A DNA stretch of 64,000 nt from Camelus ferus (GCF_009834535.1 NC_045708.1:18972001-19036000); one strand, 5' to 3'; positions 24,781-40,868 are shown, numbered from the stretch's first letter. Translations and numbers: made by a program. Notes: generated by a model from the sequence alone, not told the origin.

Positions 24781-24813
24781 GAGGCTTGAAAGCTAGGAAA
24801 GGGTTAAAATGAT

Positions 24814-24819
24814 TTTATT
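24814..24819 (-). terminator. FCN3: AATAAA poly(A) signal of the FCN3 pseudogene
   Basis: tttatt on +, about 105 nt downstream of the ancestral stop. Confidence 0.55.
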
Positions 24820-25669
24820 TTTAACATGTGGACAGGAGACTAACAGTGGTTAGCAATGGGGAGGGGTAGCCAAGGGTACGGAAGCTGTAGAGGAGAGATA
24901 AGGATGCTGGCTACCCGGGTGCCCTAGGGGAGGCATCATGTGAACCCTGCAGTAAGGGTGGCCTATTCCTTGGCCTGAGGCCCAGTTGATACCATAGTTG
25001 TGGGCGGTGGCTTTGGACATCCAGTAGATTGAACTGATAGCAGGATCCGCACCACCAGGCACCATGGATAGTCACCTCGCGGTTGCTCCTACTTGTATCC
25101 TGGCTGGCATCATAGGTGGTAAAGGGCCTCCCACCATGGAAGCTCAGGGAGTCCCCTGGCAGGAAGGGGATGAGAGGCACCAAGGTGCCAGCACCATGCC
25201 TGGCACCCTTGAAGAGATGATTTCACAGGAGCCTCAGAGAAGCTGTGAGGTGGATATTTTCAGGCCCCATGAGAAAACAGCAGAGCCAAGGAGCAAGGAT
25301 GTTTGCTCAAGCTCACTCACTAGTCACAGGGGTACTGGGACTTTGGCTCAGGACTGTGGCTCCAAAACCACTGGCTCTTACCCCTGCCTCGTCCCTTCCC
25401 AGAATCCCCAGCTTCCCTCTTGCTCCTCTGTCTCTTCCCTCATCAGCAGTTGGATCAACGCTGCCAGGAAGAGCTGGGAAGGACTTCTCAGATGGCTAGG
25501 CAGGAAAGGGGGCTCCCCTGGGGCACCTCCTCATAACCACTTCCCTCTTTCAGGTCTCTCAACAGTTGGTGTTTCTCTGAAAAAAGTCTTTCCTGGTTCC
25601 TCTTCCAAAGCAGATAGCGTTAACACTCACCAGAATCTCAAACGGCTCCCACAACCTCCCTCCCTGCCT

Positions 25670-25900
25670 CCTTACAGGTTTTATAGGGGAGGAAACTGAG
25701 GCTTTGACCCTGGAGGGACTTGCCCAAAGTCACAGAGTTAGTAAATGACAGAGCTGGATTTAAACTCAGGATTGTTGGCCTCCAGAGCCCAGCTTCTTCA
25801 CTCCTTCACTCCTTCACATCCCTGTCTGATGATTGCTGTTTTGCAGATGAGGAAACTGAGGCCCACAGAGGGGAAGGAAGTGCCCTGAGTCATTCCTGGA
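25670..25900 (-). mobile_element. Two adjacent MIR fragments
   Basis: gaggaaactgaggc occurs twice (about 25690 and 25850), with gacttgcccaaagtcacag and ggatttaaactcagg. Confidence 0.65.
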
Positions 25901-26466
25901 GGCCGTGGCAGCAATGGGAAAGGATCCAGCCTCCCTCACCTTCTTTTTCTACTTCAGGGCCACACCTTTAGCTCACTCACCTGCAGTGCCCTCTGAGAAC
26001 TTGCCCAGAACCAGCTGGTAGTGATCTGCCTCCCTGAGGAGACGGAAGGCCCCACAGTGAGCAAAAGTGCAGTTGCCTTTAAAGTCCTCCAGCTCCACCC
26101 ACAGCTCCCAGGTACTTGGGCAGACAGGGAAGAATCCTCAGGTCCTGGGTGGGGAGTCAGAATGCCAGAGGGATGCCCATCAGGCTCCCTGGACATCGAG
26201 AACCTACTCTGGAGAGTAAGCTGGTGCAACCTCTCATTCCCCAGCCAGAAATCAGAATACTGGCTCCCAAAACCTGATTTGTAGGAGGACAAAGAGTGGA
26301 AGAAATCCATGGAACCATCCTGTCACCTCTGGAACACCTAGGGAGGCAGAGAAGGCTAGCATAGCAGCCATTTCTCTAGGCTGAGCATGGGATGAGGAGA
26401 AGCAGGGGCAGTGGCAGCTGAGAAGTGGGTGTGCTGTGAGGGGTGGGTGGACATGTGCCCCTCTCT

Positions 26467-26571
26467 CTTTTTTTTAAATTAAAAAAAATTTTTAATGAAG
26501 GTACTCGGGATTGAACTTAGGACCTGGTCCATGCTAAGCATGCACTGTACCACTGAGCTATATCCACCCAC
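26467..26571 (-). mobile_element. tRNA-derived SINE, camelid Vic-1-like, short form, inside an FCN3 pseudogene intron
   Basis: A box TAGCTCAGTGG, B-box-like GTTCAATCC and A-rich tail; imperfect TSD catgtgc(a)ccctct at about 26452-26464 and 26572-26585. Confidence 0.85.
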
Positions 26572-26899
26572 CATGTGCACCCTCTTTGGATTGAGAGCTT
26601 GTTGATAAAGTGTGTGTCCAGGTGAGCCTTGCCTGTGACTATACTGATGAACTCTGCATGTCCTTATTAACTCTTACTGACATTCAACTTCACGCCGCAG
26701 CCTCGAAAGCCCTGGGAGGACTGAAATGGTAGAAATATTATCCCTGCCCTTAGGAGATGGTCAGTTTTTTTTTTGGGGGGGGGGGTCACATTCAAAATAA
26801 CATGCTTTAATTTTTTATGATAAAACCAAGATATTAGAGCAGAGAGGTCACCTCCAGAGGCCTTACCCTGATGCTCCCTCTGAACCCCACTTTCCTCTT

Positions 26900-27445
26900 C
26901 AGGCCAAGCAGTCCCCAGGCCCTGTAGAGTTTCTTTCCTAAATATCTTTCAGTCTAAGAGCCTCTACTTCCATTGCTGCCACTGCCCACCTGCTTGTTCT
27001 GGTCGGATCCCTACAGCCTTCTTAACTTGTGTCCCTAACTCCATTCTGGTCCCCACTGCAATACATCTCCCTTGGTGCAGCCTGAGTCTTCTTTCTAAAA
27101 CATAAGTCTGACCTGGTCCCTCCCTTGCTCAAAACTCTCCCATGGCTCCCTATTGCCCTCCATGCTCCTCAGTCAGCCATTCAGTGCTTGGCCCACACCG
27201 ATAGACCTCAGCCCACCACTCACACCTGCTCTCAGCTCATTCACACTGTCTCCCCACGCCTTCTTGTACTCTCCGGCCTCCCTGCATTTGTCTTTCCCTC
27301 TGCCTGAATGCCCTTCTGCACCTCATATGTCTTGAGAACTTCTACATAGTCTTCAAAGCCCTTTCAAATGGCATCTCTTCTATGAAGCTTTCCCAAACTT
27401 CTTCAGGTCCTCTGGGAGCTCAGTAATCATTTGTTAGTGAATTGT
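26900..27445 (+). mobile_element. L2 LINE fragment within the FCN3 pseudogene
   Basis: cagcctgagtcttctttctaaaacataagtctgacc...aaaactctcccatggctccctattgcc...tgcctgaatgccctt...catttgttagtgaat. Confidence 0.65.
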
Positions 27446-28299
27446 GTTAAAGAATGCCTTGGCTCCAGTAGGCTCTGGCTCCCCCTAGGGGCCAAGGGGA
27501 AGGCATGCCCACTGGGCCTGACCTGCAAGTCCCTTCTCTCTGGCACTCACCAGCCAGCCGTCCTCTGTGCTGTCCATGTGACAAAAGACAGGGATGGTCC
27601 CATCCTTGGGTAGGCACATGGTAGGTAGGTAGATGGTACCAGCTGCTCAATCCTGGCAGCTCCTGGGGCCTGGGGAAGGAGAGAGGGACTCAGGGGGGCC
27701 CTCAATTTACAGTTACTCCCCAACACAAACCCCAGGTAATGGAGTAGGCCAAGTGTGGGAACCCAGGAGTCCTCTTGACTCCTCTGGACCCCTTAGGATG
27801 GGTTTTGGGGCAGGCTGGGCCACGCCTGGTGGTCCACCAACACCCCAGCACCATCTGATTCCAAGTGCCTGGCTCCTCCAAAGGCAGCCTCACCCTCGTG
27901 GCGCTGGAGCAGTTTCCCTGGGTCTCCTGCCCCAGGCAAAGATGAATGCTGGCTCTGAGGTCTGAGTACCCCCAAGGGAATACCCATGACCCACCAGAGG
28001 GGAGAGCGGCTGGCCCTTCTTCTAATTCTCCCCACTGCTCCCAGCCTTCCATCCCCCGCTGCAATCATAGCCAACTCCTGAGCAGCAGCCAAGCAGAGAC
28101 ATCCCTCTCTCTAGTTCAGGGACCGAGCAAAGAAAGGAGAGGAGACTCCAGTCCCACACAGTCACCAGGCTCACCCTTGGGGCCCATCTTGCCCAGTGGT
28201 CCTGATTGCCCCGAAATCCCAGAGGCAGAGATGCCTTAAGTCCCATCCCATGTCTGGAGCCAAAAAAACAATGAGGGATTTGGAGCCAGAAGTCAAATC

Positions 28300-28455
28300 T
28301 CAGCTGCACCCTTTACTGGCTCTGTGAATAAGGGCAAATGACTCCTCTCTGAGCTTCAGTTTCTCTCTCAGCAAAATGGGGATGGTACCACTTACCTCAC
28401 AGGGTCAATCCTAGGATGCTGAGTGTCCAGCCTGGAGCCTGACACACAGTAGGTT
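28300..28455 (+). mobile_element. MIR SINE
   Basis: ctgtgaataagggcaaatgactcctctctgagcttcagtttctc...aaaatggggatggtacc...gcctgacacacagtagg. Confidence 0.65.
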
Positions 28456-29055
28456 CCTTGCCCCTTCGTCATGGCCTCTCAGCACAGACTGTGATTGCTG
28501 CATCCCCACCCTCCCCAGTTTACCCCAAGTTCCTGCCCCACCCGCTGGCTTTTCTCACCTTGAGGACCTGGAGCTCTCTATTCCCCAGAACTTCCTAGGG
28601 CACCAGGTAACTTAGCAGGAAGACAACCTGGCTGCCTTCCAGTTCCCTGGGTTCTGCAGGGAGACATGGGCTGGGTGGGCATGGGGGGAGTACGCATGTC
28701 TCCCACAGACCCCGCTGCATTTCTCATTCCCTCTCCCAGATCCTAGCTGGCAGGACACTTGCCTCCAGAGCTGACAAGGGTTTTCACCATTTGCATCTAT
28801 TTGCATACATTTTTGTGCAGAACTCAGATTATCAAACCCCACCCCGCTCCTTGAAGCTAGTGAGCCTGGGTGAGAGAAGGATACCCAGGGAGGGAATGAG
28901 GGTGGGTTAGTGGGGAGGGCATCCTAGGCCCCTTCCTGGGCAGCTGGAGTGGTCCTGGGTCCTCAGACAGGCAGGGTCTCCAACAAGAGGAACAAAAGGG
29001 AGAGTGAGGGTCACACTGGTCCCATCTTGCTGGGGCCCCTTAGGGAGGGTGCCAG

Positions 29056-29061
29056 TTTATA
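29056..29061 (-). promoter_or_regulatory. FCN3: TATA box (CATATAAAC) of the FCN3 pseudogene
   Basis: TATAAA on the - strand, 31 nt upstream of the ancestral ATG at 29025. Confidence 0.55.
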
Positions 29062-30149
29062 TGGGGGTCAGGCTGGTGGGGGGCCATGAAGCAATACTTC
29101 CTCCCAATTTGCCTCCCCAGGGACACCCCATGCAGGCTAGAACCAGCAGGAGATGGGGGCATTTTCTCCCTCAGCCCTGGAGAGAACGGACATATCCCTG
29201 CCTGGTCTAACCACAGTGGAGTCCAACTTCTGATCCTGGCCACCAGGGCTCCACAGCTATCTCTCAAGACCTCTGGATTCACATGAATTTTTCCACCTTT
29301 GAACCTTAGCTTATTCAGTAACTTCCACCTGTAATCCTCCTCCTCTCCCTACGAAGCTCCGCCTGTCCGTGAAGGTCCAATGCTAATGCCATTTCCACTA
29401 GGAATCGTTCCTTAATCCTTGTCACCTGCAGCAGGGATGACCACCGCTACCATCTGTTGGGCACCTACTGCACCACACGGCTCCTGCTGGGTGTGGTTTG
29501 AATATCACCTCCCATCCTTACACAGCCCCGCTCACGGTTGTTATTATTGGCCCCAGATTAGAGGCAGGTACAAAGCAGATGCTCAATAAATGTTAGTTAA
29601 ATGAACAAATGAACAAGGAGAAACTGAAGCCCGGAGACAGGATATGACTTGTGTTCTCTCTGGCACTTACATGCCCAGAACCACAGAGATTTTGCCCCAA
29701 TCCATTCCCCTCACCAAGGAGAAGCACCCCTTGCAAGGTGACTTCATGCCTACCCTCAGGTCTGTTGAGGAGCCACTAGGAGTGCCTAGAAAACATCTGC
29801 TAACATGGGCCATGGGCAGAACATGCAGGGCAGGTGTGGAGGCTGGGAGGCCAGTGAGGAGGTAGTAGCCTTGGTCCAGATGTGAGGGGTGAGGTCTGAG
29901 CTGGAGAGGAGCCTCTAATAATAGGGAAAGGGAGGAAAGTCTCATTCATTCATTCACTCATTTATTCATTCATCAAGCCCTCCCTGAGGGCTTCCTTTGT
30001 GCCAAGTCCAGTGCTTGTGGGGGTGGGGAAGGCTGAGGTCGAGGGGGTGTTGGGGAAAATGGAGGCTGAGTTTGCCAGGCAGGATGGGTCCATGAGATGG
30101 ACACTGAGACTGCAATTCCAGCTCTAGGAATCTCTCCTCCCCACACTTT

Positions 30150-30545
30150 CTCACAGGTGTTTAAGGATCTGTGGACAAGCTCTTTTATCATGATGCTGTT
30201 TATAATAACCAAAGTGGAAATAACCCACTTGGACATGGATAGGATGCAGGCAAATAAATTATCACCATCGGGACAAGTCATAGGGCAAATCTGATCTATA
30301 ACAAAACGGGCGAAGTTGCAGAACAATATGTAAGGCATGTTCTCACTTTGTATTTTAAAAAAGCTAAATGTGTGTAGGTGTGTATGTTGTAGGTGAATTC
30401 ATAGAAAAAGGTCTGACGCATCCTGTTAAGCATAGTTATTTCTGGGGAGTGGGACCGGGGGAGAGTGATTCTCTTTCTTTATATAAACTTCTATATAGTC
30501 CTTTGGTTCCTTACAGGCATTTACTACTTTTGAAAAAGAAAACAT
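30150..30545 (+). mobile_element. Old L1M-type 3' UTR fragment
   Basis: gatgctgtttataataaccaaagtggaaataaccc...gttgcagaacaatatg...ttctttatataaacttctatatag, with an A-rich end; pattern recall only. Confidence 0.5.
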
Positions 30546-31875
30546 CCAATCAAGAAATTTCCTTAACTAGGCGGAAGGCAGAAGGAGGTGCGGGCATTTC
30601 CTCCCTCAGCCCCGGAGAAAACGGGCATCATCCCTGCCAGGATTAAGTGTTGCATGGAGAAGCCAGGGGAGGGTGAACCTGGCAGGAGAAACTGCGGGTG
30701 CAGAGGCTTGGAGAAGAGAGAGAGCAAGGCAGGCCGGGTAACAAGCAGTAGATCCGGATGGCTGGAGGGGGACTGATGTCTGAGTCTATGGGGGGTTTCG
30801 CTGGAAGTGAGAGTTGAGGGGGAGGGATGAGGCGGTGGACTGTGTTTGGTATTGTCTGTGGTGTGCAATGTGCAAGCAGGTGAGTCCTCTGTGAGGCCCC
30901 AGAGTAGCTGGAACTACCTGTGGACCCCAGGGGCCCTCAAAGCCCTTCTAGTTGCAGCCAGAGACCCTGCAGCAAGGCTAGGCCCTGCGGAGGAAGAGGG
31001 GCAGGTGGCTGACCCGCACACCGCGCAGCTGGAAGGGTGGATGGGTGCCCTGCAATGAAGCAGACGGAGCACATGCGCCTGCTCTGAACCTTTCCCACAT
31101 CTCACTGAGATGGATACTGCTGTTACCTGACTTTACACATGAAGCAGAGGCCCAGAGCTGTTAAATAACTTGCTCCAGTTCACTTAGAGCACTGGGGTTC
31201 CACAGGCTGAACACTTGCCTATTCCCTTCTGTTGCCTTTACAGCTTCCTGGGACAATCCTGGGACTAAATCAGAGACTGATGTCAGATTCCTAGCCACAT
31301 GCCTGGTTTCCAGCAAGTACCCCATCGGTGGGAGATGTTATTTGTCCAGGAAGACTTCTGGGCCCAGGGATGGCGGGGTAAAGAGGGGGAGGTGGGCATG
31401 GGTGAGGGGGCTTTGGGGGAGGTGGGGATTTCCAGGAAGGCCTGCATGAGGAAAGCCAGAAGCACAAAAATGGCTGTAGAGGGTCCCAAGGGCATCTCCA
31501 TCTTGGCCCTGGGGCAGAAACCTAACTTTAAAAGCCAAAAGAGCACCAAAAGAGGGGTGCCTCTGCAGATGAGTTCTGAAGCTCTGTCATTCTGGAGTCA
31601 GAAAAACCTGCATTTCAATCCCAGCCCTGCCCCATCCCACTCGGTGCGATCTTGAGCAGGAGTGCTCACCCATCTGAGTCTCTGTACCCCCATCTATAAA
31701 GCAGTGGAGGGAGGGAATTAAACACATATAACAAAGGACAATATATTAAAAGATGACAACAACAGCCTGAGGCTGAATTTCCATTAAGGAGAGGACAGTG
31801 GCTGTGCCCTAACCCCGTCCAATCCACACATGGCTCAAGACATGGGACATAAAGCACAGTGCTGGAAAGAGCTCC

Positions 31876-31881
31876 TTTATT
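31876..31881 (-). terminator. CD164L2: CD164L2 polyadenylation signal AATAAA
   Basis: tttatt on +, about 300 nt downstream of the stop at 32178. Confidence 0.75.
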
Positions 31882-32177
31882 TGAGGGAAGTGTCCAGGCC
31901 AGGTTGATGGGAAGAGGCAGGCCCAGACCTAATACCAGGCAAGGGGCCTGCAGGGATGATGGATGAGACTGGAGGTGGTTGAAGGATGCTCTCAGCTGCA
32001 GGTTCCAGGCCCAGGACAGGAGGGGATGCAGGTATTGGGCACTGAGCCTGCTCAATGCCCACAGGGGCCAGAATTTGGTGGTCAAAGTTTTTCCCACCCC
32101 CAGTGTCCACAAGGGGGCCAAGAGGGCAGCCTCTTCATCCTCTTCCCCCTGAGTGTGGAATCAAGGCCTGAAGGGGA

Positions 32178-36400
<4,223 letters not shown>

Positions 36401-36959
36401 CCTTGCACCCTCCTCTCTTCTTCCCCTCAACGCTCCGTGTCTGTCTGGCACCCGACTGCAAACCATGGTCACATCTTCACCCCCTCCCTCTGTCTCAGGC
36501 CCCAGGCTGAAGTCCTGCAGATTCTGCCTCTGCGTATCCCCTGGCTCCTGTTCCCTCACCTTCCCTTTGCTGGCTTCACTGCCTCTCAGCCTCCAGGCCC
36601 CTCCCCAAGTCAGCCTTCACAGTGCAGAGCTCTCCTGAAAATATGGATTCAACCATGAAACAACTTTTCAGCTCAGCTTGGTCTCCACGACCCTTTGATT
36701 CCTGGTTCTAGAAGTCTCTACAGCATGTCTTGTGCTCACCCAAACACCTTTTTACTCTCTGAGAAAATAGAATAGCCCCTTCTCAACACACACCCTCTTT
36801 TGTACCTCCTTGCCTTTATCCTATAGCTATTCTCTCTCCTGGAGGTTCCTTCTCCTCTCCTGACTCCGTATGTCTGGCAAAATAATCCTTCATGACACCA
36901 CTAAGAGGCCACCTCCTGCAGGAAGCCCTCTATAACTGTCCCAGAGCCAGGCTGAGCTG

Positions 36960-37780
36960 CTGCAGCACTTGTCCCAGCTGCACCCAAGCCCTCATCCTCT
37001 CACCATCTCTTGCCTGGGTGACTGCAGTGGCTTCCTGGTAGAGCTTCTGCTTCTGCTCCCCACTTCCAGTCTGTTCTCCACTCAGTAGCCAGAGTGATCC
37101 TTTGAAAATGTAAGTCAAATCACATCATTTCCCCATGTTTAAGCCCACCAATGGCTCTCATCTCACTGCTTTCCAAGACTTACATGATCTTCCCCCTGCC
37201 CACCTCTCTGAGCTCAACTCCTACCTCTCCTCTTGCCTCATTTGGCTTCAGACACACTAGCCTCCTCTCTATTCCTCAAACACGTCAACTCTTTTCCTCC
37301 TCACACTTTGCACCTGCTGTGTCCTCTCCTTGAAACTCTATCCTCTCATCAACTGACTTGCTCCATCACCTCCCTACTTAAAAGAGGTCTCCTGGTTTGT
37401 TATTCTACATCATGACACTTCCTATTCCCTTCAGAACATGTATCAACTGTATAATTAATTACTCATTTGTTTCCTAGGCTATAAGTTCCATGAAGGCAGG
37501 AACCATGTTTACCTTCACCTGCACACATAAAAGTTAAGTAGGTGCTTATTAAATAACCACAATTACCATGTTGTGGCCATGTACATGTTTGTCTGTTCTG
37601 CTGGTCTGTGAGATCCTCAAAGTCTCCCTACTTAATATCACATTACTTACTTGTATATTGTCCATCTCTCCCCACTGGGATGGAAGCTCCATGAGGAAGG
37701 AAGTGATTTTTGTTCATTGCTGTATCCTCTGTGCTAGAACTGTACCTGGGAAACAGTATATGCTCAATAAATATTTACTG
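36960..37780 (+). mobile_element. L2 LINE 3' fragment(s)
   Basis: gtagccagagtgatcctttgaaaatgtaagtcaaatcacatc...tggctctcatctcactg...atgctcaataaatatttactgaatg. Confidence 0.7.
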
Positions 37781-40746
37781 AATGTTGAAAATGCAGGGAT
37801 ATGGCCAGATCATCTCTCTGTCTGTAGCACCCACTCAAACTCAAGCCCAGAGGAACTGTCAGTGAATATTGGCTGAACGAATGAATGGGTCTGTGCTAAG
37901 AATGTATGCATTGATGATGCCCAGATTTGGGGGCTTGGACAAGGAGTTTGTGTGGATATTACCTGTGTCTCTTGCACACACACCTCTCTTCAGAGCCTAA
38001 ATGGACAGGATTCTCCAGGTTGAAGAGAAAAGAGGTAAAGTCTTACCTGGAAGTGAGAGCTCCCAGCCATCTCGTGGTCACCTGGGGAACTGCAAGCATT
38101 GTCAGCCCTAGTCAAACTTCACTTTCAGTCCTTTCTGGGGAGATGGTGATAGCTAAGCTAGAATGAAAGGCACACTGGATTTGGTTATAGAGAGACTGAC
38201 TTCTGATCCTAGCTCTGCCATTTACTGTGTGATTTGGGGAAGTCCTTTGGCTTCTCTGGGCTTCATCTATGAAATGAGGATGCAGGATTATTATAAGCAT
38301 TGGGCTCTCGTCTGGCACCTGGTGGGTAAGAAGGACTGGAGGGGGGTGTCAGTGATGGGAATGAATCAAGGAGGCAGGGCAGAGGGCATGAGGAGGAGAG
38401 AGGAGGATGGGCTTCCCCTTCCCCTAGGCAACTGATCTTTGGGAAAGAGAGACCTGGTTGGCAGTGATGGCTTCAATGGTCCTGTAGACATGGGGCAGTT
38501 TTGGAGCATAAGAGTGTTCATGTGAAAATCTGTAGCCTCACTTGAGTCTCTTTGAGTTTCTGGGGTTTCTTATGGTTAGAAATATCACTGCAGTCTTCTC
38601 CCTGGATGCCTGAGGATCACCTCCATCACAAATGACCCTGTAACTATCTGGGTCAGGGAATTCTGGCCAACCAGCTACTTCAGTGGAAACATGATCATCA
38701 ATGTTGTTTACCCTGGAAGGGCAACTCAGTACCCAAGACAGAAATTTGGGGAAAACTAGCCAAAAGTTACAAGACCACACCAGACGTCATCTTTATATTT
38801 GGAGTCACAACCCATTTTGGTGGCAACAAGACAACTGGCTTAGGCATGATTTGTGATTCCTTGGATTATGCAAGGAAAATAAATCAGCACAGCCTTGCAA
38901 GACATGGCCTGCCTGAGAAGAAAAAGAACTCAAGGAAACAACATACGGAACACGAGAACAGAATGAAGGAGGTCCGGGGGACCACAAAGGCCAATGTTGG
39001 TGCTGGCAAAAGGAAGGTGGGGGAAAAAAAGAAAGGAGTGGAGATTCAGTAGTGACTTTATCTGTGATGATTGTGCAGATTTTTCATGAGAGGATTAACA
39101 AACTATGAAAAATTAAAAGGATCACTACCACTCAGAATAGCAGAAGATAGTCTCTCATACACTGTTTCATGCCAGCTTCCCAGCAAACTTCATGCTTCTC
39201 TGCGACCAGCTGGATAGTTATTGGTACCCAGCTCTGATGGGGGAGAAAGTGGATACCTGGGTCCTGGGGCACTGATGGCCTTGTATTCTAATGCCCCCAA
39301 ATTTCTTGACACCTTGACACATGCAAATTACTACTTTTTCTGAGTTTTCCTTCTCTTTTTCTAGATGCTATGTTTAGTTTAATCATCCACTCAACAAGTA
39401 TTTATTGGATACTCACTATACGCCAGGCGCTGTTCTCCAGGATAGGACAGAACAAAATCTGTACCCTCCTGGAGCTTATATTCTGATGGGGCTGACACAT
39501 ATTTAAACACACACACATGAATAAATTTATAATTTCAGGAGCACTAAGTGCTCTGAAAAATAATAAATCAATTTCATACCAATAGCTTGGAAAAATAATT
39601 CAATTTTAACTTATGTCTGCTGCCTCTTATTTACCTCTCATTTATTTGCTCTACAATCCTGTTTCTAGACTTTTGTATAACATAATGATGGATAGTGAAA
39701 TTGGTTTATCTCCTTGAAAAAAAATCAAGGAAAGGGAGGAGAGAGTGATGGGAAGGGGAGTAGTAATCTAGAGTAAATGTCAGGAAAGCTTGCTCTGGAA
39801 GAAGTGACTTAGGTGCAGAAACCTGAGTGAAGTGAAGGAGTTTCAGGCAGAGGGATTAGCCAGTGCAAAGGCCCAGGGGCAGGAACACACCCATCCACAG
39901 TCTGTGCTCTCAATGGTGAGGTTCCCTGAGGCTCCTCCTCACTCTCTGCTCCCTCCCCTGGTGATGTCCTCTACCCCTAGAACCTCAGTCACTAATCTGC
40001 ACACCTGTGCCTCCCAGGTCTCCTCCTCCTGTCAGATATACCGATAGTCAACACAGCCACTGCTGATAATGTGCCAGGCTCCTCCTGACAAAGTAGATAC
40101 TAACATTCTTTCCATCTGATAGATGAGAAAACAGGCACAAAGAGCCTAAGATATTCACCCAAAGTCACACAGCTAGGAAATGGAGGAATTGGGATTTGAA
40201 CCCCAGTCTATACTCCTAACCACATCTACCTGCTAAACACCCCAAACTCACCATATCCAATCTGAAGTGCATTATCTTCACCAGCCCTGACCCTCTCCTT
40301 TTCCCATGTACCCTTCCACCTCCTTCCCCTGCCCTGCACCGACTGTGGGAGCTGTAGTGATTCTGTTTTGGGAAGAGAAGTTGGTGGGGCCCGGAATCTG
40401 GGCCCCTCTGGTTTCCTCAAGCCCTAACCTGATCCCTGCCCCCCACCCCCATCCCACAACAGGTCTGGTTGATTCCAGTGAGTATGAAAGCTAGAGATGG
40501 AGGAAGAGCAGCCAGTTCTCTTCCCCCAGGACCAGCCAAATCTGTCATGTCTGGAGAAGTCAGCTGAGAGAGGTTCCCTGGGAACAGGCAGGGTTGGGGA
40601 AGGGGGAGCTCCTTCTCCGTGCCCTATCCTGCCAGGGTGCCTAAGACGGGTGGTTGAGAGATGCCTGCCCTAGGGACTGAGCTGCCAGGTTTTCTGCTTC
40701 CGAGTTTTTCCCGGCTCCCGACTCCTGCTGCTTCGGGGAAGTGCCC

Positions 40747-40764
40747 CCACCACCACCACCACCA
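40747..40764. repeat. (CCA)6 microsatellite
   Basis: ccaccaccaccaccacca. Confidence 0.8.
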
Positions 40765-40868
40765 CCCTGCTGGCTTTCCAGATCCTTGAATAAATAATTC
40801 AGGTTTTGAAATCTTGCCAGGCCCACCCCACCTCCCGTGCTGTGAGGGCGCTATTGGGCTGACATGAT

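Larger units (their letters stand above)
24924..29025 (-). pseudogene. FCN3: Ficolin-3 (H-ficolin) unitary pseudogene; 8 exon remnants in the syntenic position
   Basis: Exon remnants: 28936-29025, 28559-28653, 28166-28210, 27894-27926, 27551-27669, 26208-26337, 25981-26115, 24924-25155. Recognisable collagen segment (GPLGKMGPKGEPG) and fibrinogen-like peptides (PVFCHMD, GSMDFF, FWLGNE, ELEDF, GDSLSFHGGRPFTTYD, HGAWW, YGINWASG). Carries premature stops, frameshifts and dead splice sites (see findings). Confidence 0.93.

Noticed and set aside
25064-25699. 211-aa + strand ORF
   Set aside because: Antisense to FCN3 exon 8 and intron 7, starts at a GTG-type codon, runs into a MIR, and has no recognisable protein features.
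38540-39720. AT-rich segments that may be DNA-transposon (MER-type) remnants or conserved non-coding DNA
   Set aside because: I could not identify terminal inverted repeats or a family from sequence alone; this needs RepeatMasker.
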